Shown: positions 1 through 11,931 of the stretch, one piece after another
Layout of the letters: each line of letters opens with the position of its first letter
Numbering within the stretch: the stretch's first letter is position 1
NCBI GenBank assembly: GCA_002269645.1
Contig: NIVC01000552.1
Location: 40,819-104,818, forward strand
Origin: Macrostomum lignano
Taxonomy: Eukaryota
DNA: 64,000 bases
Reading direction: 5' to 3'
Position numbers and translations under genes: made by a program
The notes under the pieces: generated by a model
Told to the model about the DNA's origin: nothing
Databases searched by the model: none
What the model saw: the letters and a program-made list of their open reading frames with translations, nothing else

Positions 1-1299
1 TATGCTGAATAATAATGCTAAGTACGAGCCTGCAACCTCGTAGATAGTGATAGAGACGCTAGTGACGTTGAAGTCGCCCCGGAACACCGACGCACGTTTA
101 AGGATCGAGTTAACTTTAACTTTGATTTAGACTAAGATGATATTTCATCTCTTTTTTTAATACAATCTTCTTCTCCAAAGATAGACAGTGGCATTCTTGC
201 TCGCGTAGGAAAAGGGTTTGGCAGCTAGAGGAATGGGCCGCGGCTGCTGAAAACGAGAACGTCTTTTAATATAGTCTTGTTTTTAATAGATTTTAACCAT
301 AGATACTTGTAGATTGACAAATTTTAGCCTGTAGCTATTCGCTCAAACTTACAAATTAAGTCTTGAAACGCATACTCTTGTAACTTGTCATTTGTAGTTT
401 GTAGTCTACAAGCTTGTAGTAGCTTTTAATTTATAACCTCTATGAAACGCCCCCCCCCCAGGGGGTGTTCATATACGACTTGTAAGCTATAGTGCTTACA
501 AGTACGACTAGTGACAAGTGACAAATAAATTTCGTTTCATAAAATTAAAATTACAAGCGATCCGTTTTATGCAGTGTCTTGAAATGTCTACAATTCTCGA
601 CGCGTGTAATAATTGACAAGCTGAGAAAAAGTCTTTGTCTTTTACTCAAGCTTATATATAGTTACCATAATTTCCCTTATGGAATTGCAAACCACAGTAG
701 AGCAAAACACTACGTGGCGATAATCGCTAATCAACTTGTAACTTGTAGCGTTTAACTTGTAAGATATATGAAACACATAACAAACACATCTACATGATGT
801 AGATTATTTAAGGCTTAAGTATTTTGAGTACTAAATCACAGTATTTAATAAGCTAAGCTTGGCTTGTTTTAATGATAGCAATAAATCAAATTTAAGAAAG
901 ACTGGACACGTTTCTTATTGCCTCCATTGATGGTCTCTAAAGACCGATTGACTATGCCGACTATACTAGACATATATTACTATCCCTTAATTCTTCACCA
1001 AAAGAGTAACTTAATCGCGAAGGTTTTTTCTCCAAGGACCCTACTAAAGTAATAGGAAAGAAAACTACGTTTCTTTGAAATTTTAGGAGGCAGATTTTAT
1101 AAAAACTATATGTATACATTACGAAGATAGGAGGTTTTCATTTTTCAGCACAGTAATCGCTATTGCTTTTGATAGAAGGGAGACCCAATGTTCATCTTTG
1201 AAATGTCTTGCATGCCTTTCTTATTGCTCTATTGATATTCATAAAGCTTTTCGGTTAGAAAATTATAGGATTCTATGTTATCCTACAATAACAAAATAC

Positions 1300-2270
1300 G
1301 TTGTCAGCCAGTCAAGAGTGGGACAACGTCACAGGGCGCGTTTCAGGGCCTGGGCGCGAACGTAGGCCGCACCGCCGCAGTGTCTGGGGCGCCGGCATCA
1401 GCCAACAGGTAGTCGACGAAACGCCGAGTGCGCGCCTGTCCCTGCAAGTAGGGTGCCTGCATTGTCAGCAGCAGCAGTTCCTGCACCGGTTGTGGGCAGT
1501 ACGACTCGGCTCGAATATTATGGCCTGCCAGCTGGAGTCGCCGATGGCGAAACGATTTGATGGGACGGAACAGGCGAGTGCGACGATTGAGTGCCGATCT
1601 TGAAGGCGGCGCGCAGCAGACCAGCGTGCGCCTCATCGACTTGCTGTTCCAGCGAATCCGTCAGAGTCCAGGTCTCGGCGTTGTACAACATGACGATATC
1701 GATCACCACCTAGAACAACGCCGTCCTCTGGCGGTCAGGCAGGGCCTCGTACTGAAAGCCCTCAGAGAGCGGAAGGCAGCCCAGGCAAGTCCACGGCGAC
1801 GTCGCAGGTCCTCGCGAACGTCAGGCACCGGGCCTCCGATGTCGTCCGGCATGCAGAGCAAGACGGTCTTCTGGGTGTTCACCACCAGGCCGACGCTCGT
1901 CGCAACGCCGGTTGTTGGGAGCACCATTGGGAGCATGGCCCTCACGACCGAGTCGAAAACCTTCCTGAAGTCAATAAAGAGAGCAATCAGGCTTAACTGG
2001 CGGGTCCGCGCATCCTCGATGACTCGGCGAAGAGCCAGGATCTGTGCCACTGCGCCGCGATGGGGCCGGAAGCCGTTCTGCTCATGCCGCAAGTACGGAT
2101 TCAGCACGTATGGGCTGCTACCGCGATAGCAGCATCCGGTTGAACAGCTTCGCAGCGCAGGGCTTCAGGCGGATACCTTGGTGCTCCTCAGGTCGTGTGG
2201 TGTCCGGCTACTTCGGAATAGCGACGATGTGCGCCGTCGTCCATTCGTTGGGTGCCACCCTGCTGAAAAG
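1300..2270 (-). mobile_element. Decayed, internally deleted non-LTR retrotransposon (RTE-like RT fragment)
   Basis: Minus-strand RT motifs in shifting frames: 'LRHEQNGFRPHRGAVAQILALRRVIE...LFIDFRKVFDSV', 'GLVVNTQKT', 'DLRRRRGLAWAAF', 'MLYNAETWTLT'. The YADD region is missing. It is a GC-rich block in AT-rich flanks. Confidence 0.85.
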
Positions 2271-3303
2271 CTATCCTATCCTATCCTATGAGCTCGACTC
2301 ATATGGTTTTATGATACATTTTATTATTCTCTGTTACATATTTTTATTTTATTTTAGGCACTTGACATGTAGGATTGTACGTTTGATATAAAATTAACAT
2401 AGAATCTTAATTTTTTTAATGAAAACCTGTGATGAATAGCAATAAACCTATAAGAAAGGAGACATTAAAAGATGAATATTGAGTCTGTCTTTTATCAAAA
2501 GCAATAACAATTATAGTACTGAAGAAATGAAAACCTCCTATAATATCTCCACAATGTATTTTTCTATAAAAACTTGAAGTACTTGAGTACTCTTTGACCT
2601 GCGCCTCAGTGCAGCCTTGCCAAACCTCCAAATTTCATTATCACGTCGACCAGGAGACTATGTGAACACGCGAAATGCGTATTGGGAAATTGTTTCATTT
2701 GTACTCAATTGTGTGTAGCTGAATCCGTGAGCACGTGAGCACAGGAAATGGGCTTCAGTTGCAGAAGCGCACGGAAGCACTGAACCAACATGAGCCGGTG
2801 CTATCATGGAATAAGGCAGCCCCCGTATTGTCTACCTCTGTATTGACAAAGCAAACTGCTACAAGACTCGTATATATCTTGCACGCTTGAGACTCTGACT
2901 GCCGTCCTCTATTGGTGTAAAAAATACGCACCCAGCTTTGCATAAACGCATGCGATATGCGCTTGATATTCCTTATCTCTAACTGCAGTGTACTCGCGCA
3001 CTTGTGCTCAAAGGCAGATCCAACGCTGCGTTTAGATTAATAGGATCTCAGTGTGCCCACAACTGAGAACCGCAACTCTATAAGAAGTGCAGTGCTCCGC
3101 CATTGGGACTATACAGCAGCTCAAAGAATCGATTTTCCAGCTCTAATAAGCTTTCTAAAGCCAAGACTCAAATATCAAAGTAGTGAAAGTCTGTTTTGCT
3201 TCAGAATTTTGTTTTTTTGTTTTGTAAAGAAAATTTATTTGACAGTTTGTTAAAACATCGGGACAACACAGCAAGTACAGGAGCCTCGAGAGGTGCTGTG
3301 AAA

Positions 3304-3383
3304 ATGTCCATCTCGTCGCAATCCAACAATGGTGGCTTTCTTCTGGAAGCAACGGCGAACGAGAAAGCCAGACCGCAGCTAAG
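3304..3383 (+). CDS. Candidate first coding exon of the GRAM-domain gene (MSISSQSNNGGFLLEATANEKARPQL-R)
   Basis: aaaATG at 3304 and donor AG|gtgaga at 3384. It ends in phase 2, matching the phase-2 start of the exon at 18792. A possible acceptor tttgacag lies upstream at about 3245. No homology support. Confidence 0.4.
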
Positions 3384-3403
3384 GTGAGACGACTGTTAAT
3401 TAT

Positions 3404-3943
<540 letters not shown>

Positions 3944-4520
3944 TGTAGTAGGGCATTATTTTAGAAACGGAAATTTTGCAGGTTTAAATATGCTTTTACC
4001 CTACTATCAGTAGTTTCAACCCGGGGAAATAATTAGAGCGGGGTTAAGTGGATAAAATCGGGGTTCCTTTAGAAATACAGAGCAGTTGGGCTCTCGGGAA
4101 AGAAAACCTGTTTGTTGGAGTGTCTTCTCCTGTCCTCAAACTTGAATTTCACAAGGAAAAGTGGTAAGAAGGGGAAATAAAGAAATATAACTTAGGCTTG
4201 CACAGAGGAGTCTTGCCTCTAAATCTATAACTGGGAGTCTTGCCCAAAGCACTATAGCGGGAATAGGGAATAGGGAGTTAATGTAAAGCAAAACTAACTT
4301 TTGTACCGTAATTTACTTTTATTAAATATTTTTTTTGTGTTAACTAAATCCAAATTGGTGTCCTGACTTAGTTCTTTAAACCTAAAGCTAGAATTAAGGA
4401 ACAGCAGGAACCTGGTGGCAGCGAACTACCAAACATTTAAACAGTACCGCAGATAATAATCCACTCATAATCCTTAGCAATAGAAACCAGTAGCTTAGCC
4501 GCGGTTACACGCCCATTCCA
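3944..4520 (+). repeat. 5' LTR (577 bp)
   Basis: Starts tgtagtaggg and ends ccattcca. Identical to the 3' LTR except G4040 vs A12028 by my visual comparison. Confidence 0.97.
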
Positions 4521-4522
4521 AT

Positions 4523-4532
4523 TGGTGGCAGC
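4523..4532 (+). promoter_or_regulatory. Primer-binding site, probably tRNA-Leu
   Basis: TGGTGGCAGC lies 2 nt after the LTR and is complementary to the ...GCUGCCA-CCA 3' end typical of metazoan tRNA-Leu(AAG/UAG). Confidence 0.8.
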
Positions 4533-4977
4533 TTAGAGGATTAGAATACCCGAGAAGCGCATACATTAGACTGGAGCTTAGGATTAGTAAGGGATTAACG
4601 GATTAACTCCTATGTGCTGAAATTAGAACTAAAACTAACACAAATTTACTAATTAGGTTCTAAATTAGAGAATTAATGTACATAGTCAGTTGATCTAAGA
4701 TTGTCTGATCTCAGATTAACGGATTAACGGATTAGGAACGGATTAACGCTCCTGAAAGGAATTCTAACTTAGTTTCTTCGCTAGAAGATTAGTAAGGTCT
4801 CAATTAAGACCAGAAGTAAGGCGGAAGTAATAAAACTAGAGTCACTGCTGTTTTATTAACTAAAAAGTCTTACCATTAGGCAATTAGCAGCTAAATTCGG
4901 AGTCTTGCCAATTTAACTGACCAAAATTATTAAACCAGAAGCGTTAATTCTAAAATCCAACCTAAAATTAAACTAAT

Positions 4978-6036
4978 ATGGAAGCTAATGACGTAGTAGA
5001 AGCACTGGCTGAAGGCATTAGAGACAGGCTAGACATTAGGAAACATATTAGGATCCAAAAGTACACGCCTAATCAGGATATAGACGTGTGGATTCAGGCT
5101 TTTGAGCAGAGGTGTATCGCAGATGAGATACCCCCAGCTGAGTGGAAGAATGAGCTACTGTCTAACCTAGATGTTCAGTCAGCGTTCGCTATCGTGACAA
5201 GGCTAAATTTAGATCCTAATCTAGCATACGCAGACTTTAAAGATAGGCTAATCGAGCGGTTCACGCATGTAGGTAGTGCTCAAGAAGCTAGGGAAGAGTT
5301 CCGTAGTAGGTTCCAGTGCAAAACTGAAAGCACTGATGACTACGCTGAGAAGCTAACAGAGCTAGCATGCAGGGCGTTTCCCCATCTAACTAACGATCAG
5401 AGACAGGAAGAGGTGGTGGAACAGTTCATTAGAGGTGTTAGGGTTGCCCCAGAGACTAGAGAGAAGCTACTGCTAGCTCAGGTAAACTCGCTTCAAGAGA
5501 CACGTCGAGTCTTGCGACGTATAGAAATGGCGTACGCTATGTCTCGCCGAGGTAGAGACCCGCAGCAGTGTAAGGCAACTGGAGGAGAAGAAGCTGAGAA
5601 TAGCTTGAAGGAATTGGTCCGCAAACAGGGTGAGGCGCTAGAAAACCAGCAGAAGGTGCTTCAGGAGTTACTCCGACACCACCAGAGTGTTGAGCAAAAG
5701 GTCAAGCAGCAGCAGCCGTCAGGTCAGCAGCAGCAAGGCCAGAATCAGCAAGGGCGTCCCCCAGTAAAGTGCAACAGGTGTGGCAAGCTAGGTCACGTAG
5801 CTAAGAATTGTAGACAGCCACATCCGCAGAACCAACTTAGGTACCCGGCTCAGCAGCAGATGCAGTATCAGCAGCCGCAGTATCAGCAGCCGCAGTATCA
5901 GCAGCCGCAGTATCAGCAGCCGATGTACCCACAGCAGCAGATGCAGCCGCAGTACCCGCAGCCGCATTACCCTCAGCAGCAGAATTCGGGAAACGGAGTA
6001 GACGGAAGCGTCGGAGGCAACGCTTTCCAGCAGTAG
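4978..6036 (+). CDS. gag: Gag with CCHC zinc knuckle and Q/P/Y-rich tail
   Basis: 352-aa ORF. Capsid-like 'F.SR.Q..TESTDDYAEKL.ELA.RAFP' motif, CNRCGKLGHVAKNC knuckle, and YQQPQ repeats. Confidence 0.95.
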   Translation: MEANDVVEALAEGIRDRLDIRKHIRIQKYTPNQDIDVWIQAFEQRCIADEIPPAEWKNELLSNLDVQSAFAIVTRLNLDPNLAYADFKDRLIERFTHVGSAQEAREEFRSRFQCKTESTDDYAEKLTELACRAFPHLTNDQRQEEVVEQFIRGVRVAPETREKLLLAQVNSLQETRRVLRRIEMAYAMSRRGRDPQQCKATGGEEAENSLKELVRKQGEALENQQKVLQELLRHHQSVEQKVKQQQPSGQQQQGQNQQGRPPVKCNRCGKLGHVAKNCRQPHPQNQLRYPAQQQMQYQQPQYQQPQYQQPQYQQPMYPQQQMQPQYPQPHYPQQQNSGNGVDGSVGGNAFQQ

Positions 6037-6058
6037 ATCCCTCACAGTCTGTAGCCTC
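5988..6058 (+). promoter_or_regulatory. -1 programmed ribosomal frameshift signal (G GGA AAC plus stem-loop/pseudoknot)
   Basis: Heptamer 5988-5994 is in the correct gag phase, and the -1 frame is open into pol (GKRSRRKRRRQRFPAVDP...ELNSSVY). Stem 6004-6011 pairs with 6020-6028; loop GAGGC can pair with GCCTC at 6054-6058. Confidence 0.8.
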
Positions 6059-9000
6059 ACAACCTGTAAATATCAGCGATAATTTTTCTGTAAATAGTGA
6101 ATTGAATTCTTCAGTGTATAACAGCAGGCATGCGCAAACATTTAATCAATCATTTAATCAGCCGAACATTTACTCTCAGCACTTTTCAAACGCACCACAA
6201 CAGCAACCTTATTCTAGCAAGCAGCAGCTAAAACAACCAAAAATAATTGAACAAACTAAAAAACAAAGTTACGATCCGTACATCACTGGCAGCATTTTAA
6301 ATAAGGAAATAGTTTATCTATTAGACACTGGCAGTAATAGAAATATCTTAGGACGCGAAACCTGGAAGCATCTTTTCACTGGCAAGAATAGGCATCTAAT
6401 TAAGCATTGGGACAATAGAATCGTTTCCTTTATGGAAGAGCCTATTCCAATTAAGGGTTTCGTAGTTGTTAAGGCAACATTTGGCGATTTCAGAGAAGAA
6501 GTTGAGTTTCTCTTATGTGACGCAGATGTAGACAATGTAATAGGTGTGACGTTTGTCCAAAAATATTGTAATACCATTGACTTCGATGCAGGAATGCTAA
6601 CCATGAAACAAGGAACTAGAATTCCGCTTCGATCAACCAGAGCTAAGCCTCAGGTTAGGAGAATCTATGTCGCAGAAAAGACGACAGTTCCAGCCAATAG
6701 TTCAGGATTAGTCAAGGTCAGATTAGCAGCAGGTAGTGAAACTAATTTCGGAGTGCCATCAGTTGTTGAGCCACTCAGATCAGGATTAAAGACTAGAACA
6801 GAGAAGGTAACTGTAGTGCCAAGTTTAGTAACTCTAAGACAAGGGGAAGCTTATTTAGAAGTGATTAACACCAGTTCACAGGAAGCTAGAGTACCAGCAT
6901 CAGCATTAGTTGGGATGGCCAAGCCACTCTTAGCTAGCGAGCTTAACTATCTGAAGGAACAGCCAGAAGAAGAGCAGAATAAGAACACGCAGTCTTGCGG
7001 AAGCAGAGAAAAGATCAGCCAGGTACAGGACAAGTCAGAAGACTGGATTAGTGAGATTAACATAGGAACTGAACTGACTCAGGAACAGAGACAAAAGGTG
7101 ATCGAGGTCGTCAAGGAACATTCAGCAGCTTTCTCGCAGCACGAGTTAGACTTAGGCAGAACGCATTTAGTCACACATGAAATTATCTTGAAGGATAACA
7201 ACCCAGTTCAGATACCAGCTAGGAAGATTCCACCTCATTGGATCAAGGAGGTAGATGAGCAGTTAGATCTCATGTTGGCTAGAGGCATAATTAGGCCTAG
7301 TTACTCGCAGTACTCGACTCCATTAGTCATAGTACCTAAGAAAGACGGTTCGCTGAGATTAGTTAACGACTATCGAGCACTAAACAATAAATCGGAGTAC
7401 TTTCCGTATCCAATAACTAATATCAATGAAACATTTTCATGTCTCCATGGAGCCAGTCAATTCTCTACGTTAGATCTATTTTCGGGATATATCAGATAGC
7501 TCTTAGGGAAGAAGATAAGTGCAAGACTAGCTTTCCAACTTTACATCGAGGCTCGTTTGAGTACGAAGTATTGCCAATGGGATTGCAAGGAGCTCCAGGA
7601 ACTTTTCAAAGGTGCATGAACTTAGTTCTTAAGGACATTGCACAGAAGTTCGCCATAGCTTACTTAGACGATGTAATAGTTTATAGTGCAGACTTTGAAT
7701 CGCATTTAGAACACCTGAAAGAAGTGCTCAAGAGACTAATACAAGCTAACATGAAACTAAAGGCTAAGAAATGTCACCTTTTCAAATCAGAATTACAATA
7801 TCTAGGACACGTCATAGGCAAAACAGGAATTAAGAGAGATGCGTCGAAATTAGAATCAATTAGGAACTGGCCGAAACCTAAATCTGTGACAGAGCTTCGA
7901 AGTTTTCTCGGACTCTGTAATTACTATAGAAAATTCGTTAGAGATTTTGCCGAGGTAGCAGCACCACTCTGTGAGTTAACTAAGAAGAACATCAAATGTA
8001 TCCAGGACAAATGGACCAGGATTCATGATGAATGCTTCGAATTGTTGAAGGAACGGATGTGTTCCGAAGAAGTGCTTGCTTACCCAGAGTTTAATACAGA
8101 CCCCCAAGTTTATTTTGTGTTAGACACTGATGCATCAGATGTCAGAATTGGGGCGGTCTTGAATCAAGTTCAGAGCGACGGCATAGAAAGACCGATCGCG
8201 TATTATAGTCGGAAGATGAGGCAGTCAGAAACTAGATATCCGATTACGAGGAAGGAGCTTCTAGCGATTGTTGACTCGCTGAAGTACTTTAGATTTTACC
8301 TCGTAGGAAAACATTTTAAGGTGCGCACTGATCACAATGCCCTAACCTGGTTGCTTCGCCAAACCGAACAGACAGGCATTTTAGGTCGTTGGATCGAAAG
8401 ACTTTCCGAATTTGATTTTGAGATAGAACATAGGAGTGGCCCTAAACATGTGAATGCTGACGCTCTATCCAGGATCCCTGATCCTCAACCGGAAGAGATG
8501 TCCCCACATGCCAGGTCGCTAAGCTGTAGGGCAACTGTGAATACAGACCCAGCATCAGCTTGTACTGTCAGCTCAGGCAATTCCGCGTTAGCTGAAACCT
8601 GTAGCTCGAGCAGTGGAGTTCCGTCATGCTGTTCGTCACAAGACACTGTCACGAACCGACACAATACTCCGATCTTTAGTAGCAGTAGGCTAGACAATAG
8701 ACAGGGACAGGAGCCTAAAACCGGAAATCCGCCTGCATGCAATGCCCTGCTCAGTGACTATCTCCGTAGCCCAGTTCGCCGTGACCAATTGATCGCAGCA
8801 CAGCTAGCCGATCCGGCGGTAGGCTTTGTTAGAAATTTAATTGAGAATGACTCGCCTAAACCGACATTTCAAGAACGACTAGAGTTAACCCACGACTGTA
8901 GGAACCTCTTAGGTTACTATGAGTTGCTCAGAATTGAGGACGGCGTACTCAAAGTAGACTTATCTATGGGGCAGACTGATCCAAAGGTAGTGTTGCCCAA

Positions 9001-10551
9001 GTCTCTGGATAGTGAAGTCTTTCACCAATTCCATGATTCACCGTTAGCGGGACACCTAGGTCGAGATAAAACTTATCAGAGAATTAAAATTCGATTTTGG
9101 AGGCCAGGATTAGCAACAGCAGTTGAACGCTACGTAGCCAAATGTAAATCATGCCTAGAAAGCAAAACTAGAAGAAGAATTAAGGCACCAATTCAGAACT
9201 ATCCTGTAGTCGAACCGTTCGGTAGATTGCACATAGATCTAATAGGACCTATTGGCCAAACTAGCAAATCAGGAAACAAATATGTACTTTCAGTCATAGA
9301 CAGCACTAGCAAATTTCCATTCGCATTCGCAATTAGGAATCAGAAGGCTAAAACAGTTATCAAAATTCTACAAGAACGAGTTTTCGCTGATTTTGGGATT
9401 CCACAATGGATTCACACAGACCAGGGAACACAGTTCACTGGTAGGGCCTTTAAGAAATTTTTAGACCTCTATGGCATTAGACACACTCGAACAACTAGTT
9501 ATCATCCGCAGAGCAATGGCTTAGTAGAAAACCTTAATAAGCAGATTAAATCAATTCTCACCTGTTTACTGGAGAAGGAGCATTCCAACTGGGACGTTCT
9601 GTTGCCAGGTTGCATAACAGCTCTGAGAACCAGCACGCACACTGCCACAGGATTTAGTCCGCACTATTTAGTCTTTGGACGAGAGGCCAGAATGCCCTGT
9701 GACAATGAGCTGAACGAGCCAAAGCAGTTTCAGGACCTGCCATCTTATGTCCAGGAACATCAGCAGAATCTGCAGGAAGGCCAAGAACTAGCGAGAAAGA
9801 GATTAAAATTAGTGCAACAAAACCGTGAGCAGGAGTACTCTAATAAGCCTAAGCCGAAAACATTGCCTGTAGGAAGCTTAGTATTTATTAATAATCCAGT
9901 AATTGCTAACACAGAGGCTAACAAATTTCACAGAAAACAAAGGGCAGTTTACGAAATTGTAGAACAATTATCAGAAGTAGTCTTTAAGATTAGACCAGTT
10001 ACCAAAAATAAGAAGGCTAGAAAGGAAGAACTTATTATGCATAGGGATAATTTAATGAAGTACCGCAAGCAGATTATCAGGAAGAAGAAGCTAGTACTAA
10101 GCCAAAAGAGCAGAGGAAACAATACGATAGGGAACAGTTAGCCAATAGCCAGCCGAATGTGTACAATGACTCAGAAAGTGAAGACGAGTACGAAGACGCA
10201 GTGCAGTTTATGCCAGTGCAACGTCAAAATAATGAGCAGTTTATGCCAGTGCAAAATCAAAATAATGAGCAGTTTATGCCAGTGCACAATCAAAATAATG
10301 TGCAGTTAGTGCCAGATCAACAAGTGCAGCATCCAAATAATAATCAAAATAATTTAGTAGGTGTACAAGGAGTTATGCCGGTACAATTAAATAATAACAA
10401 TAATAATTTAGGGATTAATTTAGAAGCTAGGCCAGCGAGAGAGCGTCATGCTCCAGATAGATTAACAGTCAGGCCAAATCAGAAAAGTTATGTGCAGAGG
10501 ATAGCGGAGTTGTTTAACCCATTTAACCTCTTGCAGCCAAAATCTCAATAA
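5988..10551 (+). CDS. pol: Pol polyprotein (PR-RT-RNaseH-IN), broken by two apparent 1-bp deletions at about 7490 and 10058
   Basis: Protease LLDTGS; RT 'LDLFSGY/YQI', 'MGLQGAPGTFQR', 'YLDD'; RNase H 'TDASD'; integrase HHCC and D-D-E (HIDL, HTDQG, VENLN). The C-terminal tail continues in the -1 frame to 'RPARERHAPDRL...KSQ*' at 10551. Confidence 0.93.
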
Positions 10552-10553
10552 CT

Positions 10554-11368
10554 ATGGCCGACGCCCCAATCCGCGTTTATCCGGAAAACGAATTTATGGC
10601 CAGCGAAGAAGACAGACAGAGAATGAGCCCCCAAGGATTAGGGCCATACAATTGGCAGAACAAGGCGAATGCAAGAGGCGGAAATTAGAGCAGCCGGACG
10701 AGAGCGAAGGAAAGTTAATCGTGAATGTAGAATTGGAAGAACTGGAAAGGGCGACTAGACGGAAGGAGGAAGAATTTAGGGACGAGATGGCGCAATTCAT
10801 GGAAGAAATCCGACAACAGGAAGAAGGGGTGGAACCCATTGATGAGCAGGAAGAGGCGGCCGCGGAAGAACCAAATCACCAGCCGGAGCAGTGTCCAACC
10901 GAGCAATGCCAGGCAGGGCAAGGCCAGCCTGAGTCTACGCTCATCGATTACGCTACATTGCTCAGGGCAGATCTGGGTGATACGCCGGCTCCTAAAGAGA
11001 CCAACGCCGAACGGCCGGATAGTCCCGGAACGCAGGCGCGGAAATTCCGCAATTGTCGTCGCGCCTTGAAGCGGGCTATCCTGGCTACAGGGAAAACAGG
11101 ACGATTCGAGGCGCAGCTACCGGACGCGTGCGTCCAGTTCTTGGCCACGGCGACCCCAGAGGAAGCAGTCCGATGCTTCGAGATTGCCTGCTCATACTGT
11201 TTACAGTACGCCGAAGGGAGAGCGCGGGGTCCGACCAATATGAGAGCGACCACTGAGCAGCTGGAATTTTTCGCCAGACAATTCGACCCTACTCACCAGA
11301 TGATCCCGATAAACGGATTACTGTATCTATCTACTCAAAACACCCAAAATCTCCGGCCAATCCATTAG
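10554..11368 (+). CDS. Third, sense ORF of the retrotransposon (about 271 aa after repairing a 1-bp deletion near 10619); non-env, unknown function
   Basis: ATG 2 nt after the pol stop (MADAPIRVYPENEFMASEEDRQ...) joins the long 10652-11368 frame. It has an acidic coiled-coil-like part, KRRK, and a Cys-containing C-terminal region. No signal peptide or TM segment. Visibly more GC-rich than gag/pol. Confidence 0.7.
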
Positions 11369-11921
11369 GTAAGATAGAGAACTTAGCCAACCAATGACTT
11401 TTAGCTCGGTTACACATAATCGATGACATTTTATTTTACCATCTTTTGGAGTAGAATTGGAGTAAACTTGCCAAATTATTTTACCGCTTTTTTTTGCACT
11501 GCATTTTCTTTCTTTTCTTGTTGTATACACCTGCCAATTATTCTTGTTCAATTGCTCAAACAACTCAGCAGCCATTTAATAGTGCAACTGTTCATGCTAT
11601 AACTCAATTTATCATATTTAGCCATTTAATAGTGCAATTATGTTAACGGTGCATATCATAATTATCATGTTCAACATTTAATCCATTCGTAATAATACAG
11701 TTCTGCATGCAATCAATCAAACGCGTATTTCAACCTAATCCCATTACTTTTACGACTCGGCATACCAGTAACTTCCCCACTTGATATACGTGTAATCTTG
11801 TTACAGTAGCTTATATTCAGTACATCGCTGATAAGCGCACTAATACTTATTACGTAACTAAAATTTTGATAATAAATATAATCATCAATGTACAAAAGGG
11901 GTTTTGCACATTTTGTTTAGC

Positions 11922-11931
11922 GAGGGGGAGG
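11922..11931 (+). promoter_or_regulatory. Polypurine tract
   Basis: GAGGGGGAGG immediately precedes the 3' LTR TG. Confidence 0.9.

Noticed and set aside
300-780. Possible MITEs with ggcgtttcata / gtgttcata-type termini
   Set aside because: The inverted repeats are imperfect and short, with no identifiable TSD.
7439-7499. Second programmed frameshift within RT
   Set aside because: There is no slippery heptamer, and the break falls inside the conserved SGY(Y)QI motif. A 1-bp deletion explains it.
10652-11368. ORF3 as env
   Set aside because: No signal peptide, furin site or transmembrane helix.
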